A stretch of DNA of 64,000 bases, taken from Carcharhinus amblyrhynchos. Taxonomy: Eukaryota. Of the stretch, positions 48,912-61,899 are shown one piece after another. Below the pieces are notes generated by a model. It did not search any database and was not told where the DNA came from. It saw only the letters and a list, made by a program, of their open reading frames with translations. The position numbers and the translations under genes are program-made. Position 1 is the stretch's first letter, and each line of letters opens with the position of its first letter. The stretch is taken from assembly GCA_965287045.1 (NCBI GenBank), contig OZ336880.1, forward strand, positions 40,920,001-40,984,000. Direction: 5' to 3'.

Positions 48912-50352
48912 GTAGATTTCTTTTTATTTTAAATTCTGGAAATATTTGGATGAAGCAAATACCATGTTGCTATTTAAATATTAATAATCTATTTTTTCAT
49001 GCTTTAATATGTTGAGAAGTATTATTATTACTACAAATTCCAACAACCTCAACCATCTTAATTTGTGCTAGGTATGATTCTAACCAGTGGAGATCTTATC
49101 CCCAATTCCATTGAGCTTTAGTTTTGTAAAGGCTCACTGATGCCACACTGAATGAAATGCAGGCTTCAGGTCAATGGTAGTCATTCTTACCTCACTCTTC
49201 AATTCACTGTTTTGTCCACATATTTGGAACAAAGCTGAAATGAGGCATAGAGTCGAGTGGCTGTGGTAGAAGCCAAATTGAGTATCTATGAATGATTGTT
49301 GCTTGATAATACTGTCAATGATATTTCTTTCACTTAGTTGGTGATTGAGTAGACTGTTGGCTCATTCATTGGCAGGTTTGGATTTTTTTCTGATTGTGAA
49401 TTCATCCTCCTGTCTTTACTTCTGCACCCCCTCCCCACCCCTTTGCAATCCCTCTCACACCTTCATTCATCCAGTTTCTTGCGAAACCCAGCCCTCCCTT
49501 TAGGTGCACTATCGACGGCAGCTACTACTGCCAGTAACACAACCTCTTATGGAGACCAATGCATCTCATGATTGGTCAGCAGCTCTGGATGGGCAGGATT
49601 ACTGATCCGGGGGTCCTGAATCCTGGTGTAGCCCCTATGCTTGGCCACTCAAGTACCTGATTTTCAGTCGGTCCTTCCCCTCAGAAAAGATTTGGTTTTC
49701 CAACCAGTTCTCCATCCGGTAAGCTGAATCCATATCAGTTGCACAAAATCCACCCCCATGAGAGGGTATGCAGGCTGAAGTTAAGGATGAGGATTCCCAG
49801 AGTCACACCTCTAAATGCCATTGTGCCACCACCGTCACAAGTCTGTCCTGTTGGTAAGACAGAGAAAAGCCAGGGATGGTGCTACAGGAATCCGGGACAT
49901 TGGTTGTAAGGACTATGTCAGACTGTTGCTTCACTGGACTTTGAAATAGCTTTCTCAGTTTTGGCACAAATCCCCAGGTGTTGTTGAGGAAAATTTTGCA
50001 GTGTCAAATTGAGAGGCTGTCTCCTTGATGTTTCCAGCGCTTAGAGCCAAAATTCTCCTGTTTTGCCCACTACGGAAATTGTAGCGGGTGAGACAGAAAA
50101 TTCGGTGGACCATCCAACAGGAATTTCTGTTCTTGGGATGCACGCGGCCAGAGAATCCTGCCCAACATCGATGCCGTGTTGTCCATCTTGGTTTACTTTA
50201 ACCAATTTATCTCCCTGTATGTGTACACGAGTGTGCATAATGTCGCCTTGGGTTAAACTTCTCTGCCAGATATACTTGTATTATTTTAATTTGTTGCTTA
50301 GAAATTTTAATGATGAAAGCTTTGTATCTTAACATTAAACTGTTTCTTAAAG

Positions 50353-50424
50353 TGCCGGAAGTTCCTAAGAAGCCAGTTCCAGAACCATTGAAACCAAAGA
50401 AAGAAGCTGTTACTCCAGAAAAAG
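50353..50424 (+). CDS. TTN: Titin PEVK exon, PEPLKPKKE family copy 4
   Basis: 72 nt; VPEVPKKPVPEPLKPKKEAVTPEK. Confidence 0.9.
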
Positions 50425-52602
50425 GTACATATCTTTTCAACCATGCTGGTCGACACATCCTGCTCCCAGGAAATGAAGGGATCAAAGTAAAAAAAAAAGC
50501 TTTGAAATAATAAGAGAAATAACTTTTTTTGTGAAGTCATAGGCTGAAATATTACCCCTATGGGCAGATGGACTAAATATTCAACAGATTGCATTCAATA
50601 ATGCACTAATTATCTTCTTTTGTAATTACTTTAATCACCAATTTTAATTCCTTAAATATGAAACATAGATGCCCAAGTTCAAAGTATTACATGACAAAAA
50701 AAACAATTAATTTACTTTGATTTGTTTTACTTAACTAGATTCTCATCTTTTACAAATATTTTTATAAATTGTTCTTTGCATTCTTGGTTGTTGTTGTTTC
50801 TCTTCCCACAATCCTTCATCTGTTCCCATAGCAAGGTTTTGTCTGGAACAGGTTGCTAACCTGTCGTCAGAGGCTCATCGCTTGAGGGGCGCCACTCTGC
50901 ATCAAGCATGGCTGATTAGAATCTCTCCCACTCTTGCCATCTGTCATTGGCATGTTGGAAGGATTTCACAGATTGACAGTCAATCTTTTGGCTGCATTAG
51001 AAATGTACCCCCATTGCCCATCAAGTCCAAGGCCATTGATTGGGACTTGAACCCACAGCTTCTGGCAGAGACAGAGATGCAACTCAGTGTATCACAAGAC
51101 CTCCCTCTACATTCTCAGTGCCACACTCAATATCTTCAGACTCAAAAGCCACATCCTCACCTATTTCTTAATACTCTGAATATTTCATCATGAGTGTCAA
51201 GAGCAACATTTATCATATCACTTTCTCCATTTTCAGTGTCACTGTCTGTATTTTGTGTCTTCAATGAACAATTAATTATTTCATGATGGACCGATTAGAT
51301 GTTCTTTTTCATTGAGCCAAAATAAAGAGATTTCTGGGTGATCCTGTTCAGCTTTTATGTTTTATGATGTTTTCCAAGAGTGTTTTCATTTTGTTTTTCT
51401 CATAAGACAAACATTCAGTGGGTCAGGTGGCTAACCTAAGGGTGACAATCGTACTTTTCCATCATTTACCACTGATGTTCTGCCATTATCACATTCTGGG
51501 TTGACTCATATTTATGATGGATTTAATAGATAAAAGCTTCCTGAAAGAGTCTGCTCTCTTACTTGCAACACTGCTTCATGCATTCTGTTGCTGTTTGTCA
51601 ACTTACAATTCACACCTTTACATCTTCTGTGCTGTGGTGTGGCATCTGCCATTTTTGCCTTGCCAAGTGATATGTAGGTCTCAGAACATTACTGGCACAA
51701 AATAAATAAATTATGAGAGAAAAATAAGCAGATGAGAGATGCATGGTGTAATTTGTTGCATTCTTTCTTGAAAAGTATGGGTAAGGTTGTTTGAAGCATG
51801 TCTGACTTATAATGTCAGTGGGGACACCTTGTAGAATCCTCTGCTAGGAGGCCAGTGCCCCTCAGGTAGGGATGGTGTGATGTCAACTCCCATATGACAT
51901 GGTTTTTGGTCTAGGAATGCATCTCACTGGTTGAGATTGGCCTAACGACCTCAGAATGTTCCAACAAGGAGGCACATTTCTTATGTACAGATATTTGGTT
52001 TTATTTTGCAACCCTCAATGCTTCTTCCAAATAGTATTCAACATGTAGGATTAGGAACTCATAACTGAGGGAGGGCAGTGGGTGTTAATAAGTAGGAAGT
52101 TTCCTTAGCCTTGTTTGATTTGATACCATGGGAATTTATGACAACTGGAAGCAAGGTTGAGTGTTCCCAGGATCATAACAGCCTGTAGAACCTTTCTGGT
52201 GGGTCTATCCTGCTGGTGACACAGGGCATAGCCAGGATAATGATGCCGGATTCTGGAATAGTGGCTCTTTGATGGGGATCAGGCTGTTGCTTGACTGGTT
52301 TGTAGGACAGTTGTCCCAACTTTGGCACATGTCCCCAGCTTTTAATGAGGAGGATCTTTCAGGGTTAAGGTTAGGGTTGAATGTCTCTTTGTTGTTTCCT
52401 ATACTTAGGTCAATGCCAGCTGATCCTTCTAGTTTTATTTTAACTAGGTTCTTCTCTGATGTATGTGTACATGACATTAGGTAATATTGCCTTGGGTTGA
52501 ATTTCTCTGCCAGCTATGTTTGTGTTATTTTAATGTGATACTTTGATCATTTATTGATAAAATGATTACATATTCAGTATCTTAACATTATGTTTCTTAA
52601 AG

Positions 52603-52674
52603 TACCAGAGGTTCCTAAGAAGCCAGTCCCTGAACCATTGAAACCAAAGAAAGAGGCAGTTACTCCAGGAAAAG
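52603..52674 (+). CDS. TTN: Titin PEVK exon, PEPLKPKKE family copy 5
   Basis: 72 nt; VPEVPKKPVPEPLKPKKEAVTPGK. Confidence 0.9.
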
Positions 52675-52799
52675 GTATTTCTTTGTGTTATTTAGATGCT
52701 GGAAATGCCATGTTGCTGTTTAAATATTAAAATGTGATTCGATTTATTGATTATGCTTTAATACTTTTACAAGTATTGTTATTGTAGCTACAAATTCCA

Positions 52800-54395
52800 A
52801 CAAACCCAACTACCTTCCTTTGTGTTAGTTATTTCCCTTTATTTCCATTGGCATAAAATTGGTTTGGGTTCCTTAATGCCATAGCCAGTCACATGCTGGC
52901 TTGAGCTCAAGAGCTATCACTCTCTCATCTGACCTCTTCAAATCATCCTTTTTGGGGTCCATATTTGGAATGAAGCTAAAATGAGGCCTGAAGCCAGGTG
53001 CAACCCAAACTAAGTGGCTCTATGTAGGTTATTGCTGAATAAGTGTCACTTGATTGCACTGTTAATGACTCCTTTCATCACTTTGCAAATGATCGAGTGT
53101 AGAATGTTGGGTTGGTAATTGGTTTGGATTGGATTTTTCCTCCTTTTTGTAGATAGATGCCTGGATACTTTTGCACATTGTCAGGTAAATGCCAGTGTTG
53201 TAGCCATACTGGAACAGCCATCTGGAGCACAAGACTTTGTCACTACAACCAGGATTTTGTTCAGTCCCTTCAGCTTTGCTCTACCTAAAGCCAGAGATTT
53301 CTTGATATTATGTGGAATGAATAGAATTGGCTCAGTACTGTCTTCTGTGACGCTAGGACCTCAAGAGAAGGTCAAGATGAATCAGACATTTGACCCCATG
53401 TTCATGGGGCCTCCCCATCTCTGTAGTTGTTTCATTTTTAGTCACTATTCATGACTGAATGCGGCAGGACTATAGGTTTGATCAAACATATTGGTTTTGG
53501 AATTCCCTAATTTTTTCGATAGTGAGCTGCTTCAGGCATTTCTCATGCATGTCACTGGGATAGCACTTAATTTTTAAGTCTGTGTACTGCTCCTAACATG
53601 CTCTTGCACTCTTTATCGAACCAGATCTCCTAGTTCAGTGGAAATGGTAGAATAAGGGATATGACAGACCGTTAATTTATTGATTGCTGTTGAACACAAA
53701 TACTGCTGCTGTTTGATAGCCCATGTGGTTTGAGGGCGCCCAGTTATGAGATGCTAAATCTGTTTTGAATCTATTCTATTTAGTATTGTGTTAGTGCCAC
53801 ACATCACTGACAGAGATACATGGCCAGTTTGGTATTAGCTATATCTCTCAGGATCTAGCCAACTTGATCAGCAATGATACTACCAAGCCACACTTGCTGA
53901 TAGGCATTAACATCTCCCTCCTAGAATGCAATCTGTGCCCTTGCTAACCTCAGAATTTCTTCCAAATGGTGATCTACATGCAAGATAACTGTTACGTCAT
54001 CTGAGGGAGGGTAGTAGGGAATGGTCATTGAGAGATTTTCTTGATCGTGTTTGACCTGAAACCATGAGACTTTATAGGGTCCGGAGCCAATTTCGAAACC
54101 TCCTAGAGTCACTCCATCCTTACTGCTTACTGTTAAGCTACCACCTCTGGTAGATGTATCCTGCTAATAGGAGAAGTTATAGCCAGGGATGGTGATGGAG
54201 GAGCATGGAACGTTGTGATTCTCTGAGTAGTTCTATATAAAGTTATTGCTTGCTTATTCTGTGGGGCAGCTCTCCAACTTCAGGCACAAGTCACCAGATG
54301 TTTGTGCAGGGGATTTTGCAGGTTGACTGGGCAGGATATATCTTGCTTGTTTCCAGTGCTAAGGTCAATGCCAGGTGGTCCATTTGGTTTCATTT
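52800..54395 (-). mobile_element. Degenerate CR1-clade LINE segment co-duplicated with the PEVK exon
   Basis: Homologous to 45320-46945; endonuclease-like TIPYYPPSDDVTVILHVDHHLEEILRLARAQ on the minus strand; paralogous pieces at ~49045-50200, ~51780-52440, ~54765-58010. Confidence 0.8.
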
Positions 54396-54561
54396 TAACC
54401 AGTTTCTTTCCCAATTTGTCTAAATGTGGATTATAGTGACAGTGTTACCTTGAGTTAAGTTTCTCTGCCAAATATGTTATTGTTATATTAACTTATTCTT
54501 AGATATTCTAATGATGAAAGCATTAAACCCTAATCATCTTACCACTAAACTATTTTTAAAG

Positions 54562-54624
54562 TGCCAGAAGTTCCTAAGAAGCCAGTTCCTGAACCATTGA
54601 AACCAAAGAAAGAAGCAGAAGAAG
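54562..54624 (+). CDS. TTN: Titin PEVK exon, PEPLKPKKE family copy 6
   Basis: 63 nt; VPEVPKKPVPEPLKPKKEAEE. Confidence 0.88.
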
Positions 54625-55875
54625 GTATTTTTAATTTTATTATTTTAAGTGCTGGAAATATTTGTGTGAAGCAGATAACTTGATGCTGTTTAAATATTAA
54701 TATTTTGTTTTTGTTTCGTGCTTTAATATAGTTAGATGTATTGTTACTACCATCTCCAGCAACTACAACTATCTTCATTTGTGCTAGTTATATTCCAACC
54801 CATAGCAAGCTCTTCCCTGATTCCCATTGACTTCAAACTTGCAAGGGCTCCTTGATGCCACACACTATCAAATGTAGCCTTGAGGTCAAGAGCACTCGCT
54901 CTGACCACATCTTGAAATCAATATTTTTGACTATGTTTGGACGAGAGCTGAAACGAAGTTTGGAGCCAAGTGACTCGCAGAACTCAAACTGAGCATCAAT
55001 AAGCAAGTTATTGTTGAGTGAATGTTGCTTGACACTTGACAGCACTTTGCAAATGACTGAGAGTAGACTGTTGTGAGGAGGACTGTGAGTGTAATTGGCT
55101 TATTGAATTTTTCCTGCTATTTGTGATACGGCATACCCAGAAATTTTGTACATTGTCCAGTAGACATGGGGCAGGGTAGGTGTAGGAAAATGCTTTGTTG
55201 AAATGGCGGCACGGGCTCGTTGGGCTGAAGGGCCTGTTTTCCGTGCTGGGTTGTTCTATGTCTTCTTTGTTCTTTGTAGATGCCCAGGTTCTAGCTTTAC
55301 TAGAACAGCTTGGGTAGAGTTATAGATAGATCTGAAACAAAAAAACTTCACTGCTAAAACCGGGATGTTGTTAAGGCCTGTATCAAGTGGCTCAACTTGT
55401 TTCTTGATATTATGTGGAATTAATCAAATTGACTGAAGATTGGCATCTGTGCTGCTGAGACTTCCAGGAGAAGGCTAAGATAGATAATCCATGTGATACT
55501 TCTGGCTGAAGGTTGTTGCAAATGTTCCAGACTTGGCTTCTACCCCAAAGTGCTGAACTCTGCCATTGTTGAGGATGGGAATGTTTCTCCTCCTCCTATT
55601 TGATGTTTTAATGTCCACGACCGCCATGACTGAATATGGCAGCACAGCAGAACTTTTGATCTGATCCATTGGTTGGGGAATTGTTTAACTGCCTATCATG
55701 AGCTCCTTCCACGTTAGCATGGATATAGTCCTGTTGAAACTTCACAGCATTGGCACCGCATTTTTAGCTATGTTTGATGCTGCTCTGGGCTGCCTTTCTG
55801 CATTCCTCATTGAACCAATCTTGATCCTCCTGGCTTGATGACAGTTAGGAAATGAGGGCTATGGTGGGCCATGAA

Positions 55876-57446
55876 GGGTGGAATTCTCCCATGGCGAGTG
55901 CCCAGAGACACTTGCCCTTGAGCGATAATCAAGCAAAAAATGGGTTTCAGGGTAAAGGGAACGCTTGAAGGCATTGCGTGCTGGCGTGGGTGAGGGGCCA
56001 GAGCCCGATATGCACCATCACACCCCATGACAGCCAGAGGCACATCGTTCACCACAGTGTCCTGGTCTCTGGCGAGGTTGGCCGTGCTGCAGGTATCTTC
56101 CACAGGCATCTACGTTCAGACCATGACCAGGCTTTGGAGAGGGCAGGCACGATGTACAGCAGTTGGCCATGGCTGATTTGGTGGTGGACGAGCATGGTGA
56201 ATCTGTTGGGAACCTAAAAGTTGGAAACCAGCCAGCATAAAATTCTCCCAAAGGCAGATTAATGGCAGATCGCTGGTAGGTGGCACAAACACCATTTACA
56301 TTCATTTACATCTCATGATTGCTCACTAAAACTACTGCCCATTGACATCCCATCAGGCCTTTCAATGGGAATTTACGTCAGTCTAAAACCTGATTGCTAA
56401 TGAGTGACATGCGTAAGTCAGTCCTCAGCTCACCAAAGAGTTCAGGGCGAATGCAACCACAGTGGTGTGCTGCTCCTGAAGCATTGCACACCACTCTGGC
56501 AGGACAGACTGGTTCCTGTCTTCATCTCCAAGCTGAGGCTGGTTCTCATGGACAGCACTGTACTGCTGGACCCATTGACTTTCCTTTGTCATCATGTTGG
56601 ATCAGTACTGTGTCTGGGCATGAGGAGTACAGGAGTCTCCTTCCCCCTGGTGACACCCAGCAGTGTCTATCTGGATAGCACTATGCTGCTGGACACATGC
56701 GGCCACCACAACAAAGGTTCAAAGTACAAGTGGGGGTGGAGTATGAGGTGAGGATGTGGGGTTGTGATGTATTGAAGACAAGGAGGGCAATGTGGCAGGA
56801 GGGTAGTACAAGGGGTGTGGGAATGGAGTGGGCTCATGATGACTTGTACCAAGAAGGTGGATGAAGAAGATGAACATTGGAAGGCAGAGGGAAGACCAAG
56901 GGGAGAGAGGACAGACCCCAACAAGGCTGCGTGAAAAACTCACAAGCAATGGCGTCAAGAGGATACCACATTGTTTACTGGATGGGAATGCGTAAAGACT
57001 CCACATGTGGCGGGGAGAGGTCCCAGTGCAACATGGATGCCTCGCAGGTGATGGACTCCAGGAAGGTGGAGGCGTGGTGGGGGCGGGCAGGCAGGCAGGG
57101 AATGGTGATTGAATCAAGGAACAGTTGAGTTTGTTAGCCTTTTTCCTCCAGGTTGCTGACATCCTGCATGGTTTGGTGAAGACAGGTGGCCTGGAGGGAG
57201 TGATATGAGTGAGCTTGACTGGGATTTAAATATGGCACCAGGACCTTCAAAACAGCCAGGTGAGGGCAGACAGATGAATCAGCTGCCTGCACACTAGGAG
57301 ATTTGGAGGTGAACTTCCCTGCACAAAATTAATGACATTCCAAGTACTGAATCTTGGGCTGGGATCCCAGTATTCTGGCCGGTGGGACAATCACTGCCAG
57401 AACCACTCACCACCTCACTGAGTCGCAAAATGGGAGGATTCCACCA
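55876..57446. mobile_element. 1.57-kb non-autonomous TIR DNA element (Harbinger-like) nested in the LINE segment
   Basis: TIRs GGGTGGAATTCTCCCAT / ATGGGAGGATTCCACCA (15/17), 3-bp GAA on both flanks, LINE resumes after it. Confidence 0.82.
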
Positions 57447-58169
57447 GAATTACTGTTTGCTGTTGAATACATTCAGTCAATAATGATGCTCCTGAACCAC
57501 TATTGAAGATAGACACTGAAAGCTCCCTCCTAGAATTCAACCCGTGTTCTTGCTACCCTTTGTACTTCTTTGAAATGGTTTATGAAAGAGTACTACTCCA
57601 TCAGCTGAGAGAAGTTGGTTGGTGGTAATCAACAAGAAGTTCCTTGACTATGTTTGGCCTGATAACATGAAACTTCATAGGATGTGGAGTCAATGTTGAG
57701 GATTCCCAGTGTAGCTCCCTCCCCATTGTACACCACTGCACCAACATGTCTGATGAGGCTGACCTGCTGAAGGGACTGTACGTAGCCAGAGATGGTGATG
57801 CTGGATTCTGGAACATTAACTGAAAGATATAATTTGGTGAGTGTGATTATTATGTCAGACTGTTGCTTGATTAATCTGTAGATAGCTCTCGCAATTTTGG
57901 CACAAATTCCCAGATGTTAGCAAGGACAAATTTGCAGTGTCAGTTTGGCTGGATGTGTCTTTATCATTATTCTTGCTTAGGTCAATGCCAGATGATCCAT
58001 CCATTTTATTTTAAACAATTTCTCCTGCAATATGTGTACATGAGAATAGACAGTACCATTTTGCGTTAAATTTCTCTGCCAGGTAGTGTTATTTTAATTT
58101 GTTGTTTAGGTGTATTAATGATGAAAGCATTGTACCATAACCAACTTAATATTGTACTGTTTATTAAAG

Positions 58170-58238
58170 TGCCGCAAGTTCCCAAGAAGCCTACTCCTGA
58201 GCCATTGAAACCTAAGAAGGAGGGGGTTCCTGAAAAAG
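58170..58238 (+). CDS. TTN: Titin PEVK exon, PEPLKPKKE family copy 7
   Basis: 69 nt; VPQVPKKPTPEPLKPKKEGVPEK. Confidence 0.88.
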
Positions 58239-58634
58239 GTACATTACTTTTTGTTGTTTTTCACACTAGAAATGCTTGTACGAGGCAAAATCTTTGTTCC
58301 TATTAAAGGATTAATATACAATATGATGTCTTAATTGTTATTGCTGCTACACCTCACTTGGACAGTTGAGAATCTAACTTCAAGTCCCCAGAGAGGAAAA
58401 TATATGCCAGAATTATTGCATCAGCTCATTGAAAGGATGACTGACATTGAAGAACTTATGAAAATTATTCAGATTGGACGGCATTGAGACTGACCCAGAT
58501 TCATTACTTGCATCTTTACTAATTATAGTATCAGTATTATTTCATATTAACTGTGTTGTGTGTGTGTCAAATGTGAGTTTCTTTTTGTATAAATGTTCTT
58601 TGGTACTTATTTTAAAAATAATTGTTTTTAAAAG

Positions 58635-58718
58635 TGCCTGAGATTCCCAAGAAGCCAGTTGCTGAAGCGGAACCGGCAACTGTTCCGGAAAAAGTTGAGA
58701 TTCCTGCACCAGAAGAAG
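58635..58718 (+). CDS. TTN: Titin PEVK exon
   Basis: 84 nt; VPEIPKKPVAEAEPATVPEKVEIPAPEE. Confidence 0.9.
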
Positions 58719-59832
58719 GTAAAAACAAAGATTTAATAGAGTGGGGGGAAATGCATCTTTGGCAGGGGTACATTATGGGTGTTAATGGATTGGACATCCA
58801 TTACTTCAGCACTCAATTTCATTTTGTGACCCTGCCAAAATTAAATTCTCTTCCATGTTTTATATAGGCACCTCTCAGAAGAAATATTTCTTTATTCTTC
58901 AAATTTTCTTTGTTTTTACTTTTGGATATTTCTGTCATTTTCTTTGAAACGATTTTCTTTTGTTGGGGAAATGTTCATTGGTATGTGATGTCTTTCAATT
59001 GTCATTCCCTTTTCATTACTTTTCAAAGTCTTGCCATGTCTTCTGTTAAAACATACACTGTTCACATTGTAGATCTCAAAACATGCAAGCAGAATTTATA
59101 TTGTAATTATCTAGTAAATGGAAAATATAAACAATGCCTTATGTTGATTACATGGAAAATAGGAATAAATGTAATAATTTTATCCTCAAATTTCTTCTTA
59201 TGACAGTTTTAAAGGTGGTTTGAGGGGAGAAATGTTTGTGCAATGAAATGGAATATTGTCCATTTCAAACACTCATAATTAGCATCAAGCACTCAGATAG
59301 AATCCCACCAACAATGCCCCTTAGGGATCAAGCTTAAAAGAAAGCACTCTGCCACACTTCTTTTTTAAACTTCTCTGAATTATTTTGTTGGCTCAAAGTT
59401 AAATTGCCAATTTCATTTCACTAAGCAGAGTTCTGTGCTGTGGGCTGGCGCTCACCAAGGAATGTAGCTGTAGAACCTGCATACAAACAGCAGTTTTTCA
59501 CTAATTCAGTCTGGGACTCAATTTGAATCTACGTCTAATTGGCTATATCGTTCAACTTTGATTGTCAGATTTTCTAAATTGTATTAAAACATAAAAGACA
59601 CCTACGGTAGTTTGATTATTTTTCCAAGTAAAATGCCTTGTAAGTTTAAGAAATTATAGCATTCCCTTCAACCTTCCAATTGTATATGAAAAAAAAGCTG
59701 TATTGTAAATGATAGTAAACAACATAATTTTATGTTTATTCCTTTATTCTGTTTTCTGTGTTTTGTGTCACTGTACTTATGTTATCTCTATCTTAACAAA
59801 TACTTAATTTGTCTTAAAAATAATATTTGAAG

Positions 59833-59916
59833 TGCTTCAAGTTGACAAGAGAGAAAAACGTGTACCCATCACTGTTTCAAGAAAAGTCTTACCCACTTCA
59901 GAAAAAGATAGCAAAG
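59833..59916 (+). CDS. TTN: Titin PEVK exon (divergent)
   Basis: ttgaag|TG...AAAG|gtacaa; 84 nt; VLQVDKREKRVPITVSRKVLPTSEKDSK. Confidence 0.78.
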
Positions 59917-60112
59917 GTACAAACCAGCCTATGAATGATGGTATTTGAAAAAGTGTGCTAGTGTGAGCATTCCTTTTTTTTAACTAAATGTTACCAGTGC
60001 TTAGCTGGTTCATCAGAATTTTTCTTGCGTCACAGTGGTGTCCTTTGTTTCAATGTCAGTAATGTAATTCAGTTATGTCTCAGTGTGTAGTCTTGAAATG
60101 TTTGTTCTGTTT

Positions 60113-60770
60113 TAGAGTCATAGAGGCATTGTAACACCAAAGGGGGCCATTGTGTCCATGCTGGCTTGCTGTAGAGCAATCCAGTCAGTCCTATCTTCCA
60201 CTTTATCCATGTAACTCTGAGGTTACTTCCCTCTATCCAAATATCTTTTGAAATCATTCATCATCTCCACGACTGCCACCCTCATAGGTAGTGAGCTTCA
60301 TGTCATTACCACTTGCTGCATAAACATGTTCTTCCTCATATCCCCCCTTTGTCTCTTACACCAAACCTTAAATCTGCCTCCCCTAGTCCTTGTACCATCA
60401 ACTAATGGGGACAGCTTTTCTTTATCTACTTTACTTAAACCAGTCATAATCTTATACACCACAATCAGATCTTCCCTCAAGCTTATTGCTCCTAGAATAA
60501 CCCCAGCTTCTCCAATCTAATCTTTTTAAATTAGAACCTTTCTGGTAATCATCTTTATACCTTTTCAAGGGTCCTTCACAACCATCTTAAAGAGTGGTGA
60601 CCAGAATTTAACACAATTCTCTAGTTGTGGCCTAACCACGTAATTCTTCATATTTCCTTGCTTTTGTATTCAGTATCTCTATTTATGAAGTCCCTAATCC
60701 TAATGCTGCACTAACTATTCTTTCAATATGTTCCACCACCTACACAGATCTATACACATGAACCATTATT
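60113..60770 (-). mobile_element. CR1-type LINE 3' fragment
   Basis: Minus-strand ORF REDLIVVYKIMTGLSKVDKEKLSPL..TRTRG; tagagtcatagag tail. Confidence 0.85.
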
Positions 60771-61536
60771 TATAAAGCCCTTTCACACTTATCACAAACT
60801 ATACAGTAGCTGCCAGGGGAAATAATTATAATTAATTACAATTAATGTATCTAGTTGCTTTGAAGAATCCTTTTGACAACATACATGTGAATATATGTCT
60901 AAAGTCTCAGATGAATACCATAGCATCCAGCACCTTGCATATTCTGATTGGATTGAAGTGCAGCCGAGAGATAGCATGGCTGTTTGCACATATTCTGCAT
61001 TGTTCTGCTTGGCAGCATGAAACTTAAGTACATTCCAAATAGCAGATTGTGCTATTTAAAGTCATCCAACATGTGAATAGTGTTAATTAATACCTTGGGG
61101 ATTTTCTGACCATCCCCTTGGCAGAAACTGGATGAGGGGGGTCAGTTAAAAATAAGGAAACCAACTTATTCCTAGGGTGCCACAGCATTATGCAGAAATG
61201 CATTTTAACCTAAGGTTTGTCAGCCAGATTGGCATTGGCCTCTGGCTTTAACTTGCAGACCTTGCCCTGACATGCAGTTGCTCCTCTGGGCCTCACAAGA
61301 AAACCCTACATCTTGCCCCAAACTTTGCCCCAGTCAGTATGCTTTCCCCATTCCCCAACTGTCTCCTGATCAACCTTCCCCAGTGCTGTGCACTATCCTC
61401 ATTGATGGCCTCCTGTCACACAAACTGCCACCTGTGCCAGCCAGCTAGCTAGCTGGATCAGCCTGGAGGCTGGCAAATTGCATTTAAACAAGACCTAGAA
61501 GTGAAATTTATTGACTGATGACATTCTGTTCACTCC

Positions 61537-61702
61537 AAACATGTGCTGGTTAGGTTGATTGGCCATGCTAAATTGACCCTTAGTGTCAGAAGGATTGGCA
61601 GAATAAATGAATGGGATTGCGTGGATAGGGCATAATTGTTGTTGGTGCAGGGTCGGTGAGCTGAATGGCCTCCTTCTGCACTGTATGGATTCTATGATTC
61701 TA
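61537..61702 (+). mobile_element. Partial HE1-like SINE (3' half)
   Basis: gtgctggttaggttgattggccatgctaaattg..ggcctccttctgcactgta..attctatgattcta matches 8520-8662. Confidence 0.8.
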
Positions 61703-61815
61703 TATTCACAAGCATCATGTCAAACAAGAATTGGCTTTAACTGCCAATACTGTTTATCTTTAATATTCTGTATTAGCAACTTATTTACCATCTAAAGTAT
61801 CTATTATTATTAAAG

Positions 61816-61899
61816 TCCCTGAGGTTATGAAAAGTCATATAAGCGAAGAAATTATAGAAGTTCGTATTGAAGCAAGAGAAAAAATTTCTTCTCCTAAAG
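61816..61899 (+). CDS. TTN: Titin PEVK exon
   Basis: ttaaag|TC...AAAG|gtatat; 84 nt; VPEVMKSHISEEIIEVRIEAREKISSPK. Confidence 0.85.

Noticed and set aside
47100-58240. Regularly recurring AAAGTGCCAGARGTTCCTAAGAAGCC repeats resembling a CRISPR-like array
   Set aside because: They are spliceable titin exons separated by kb-scale introns; no cas genes; vertebrate context
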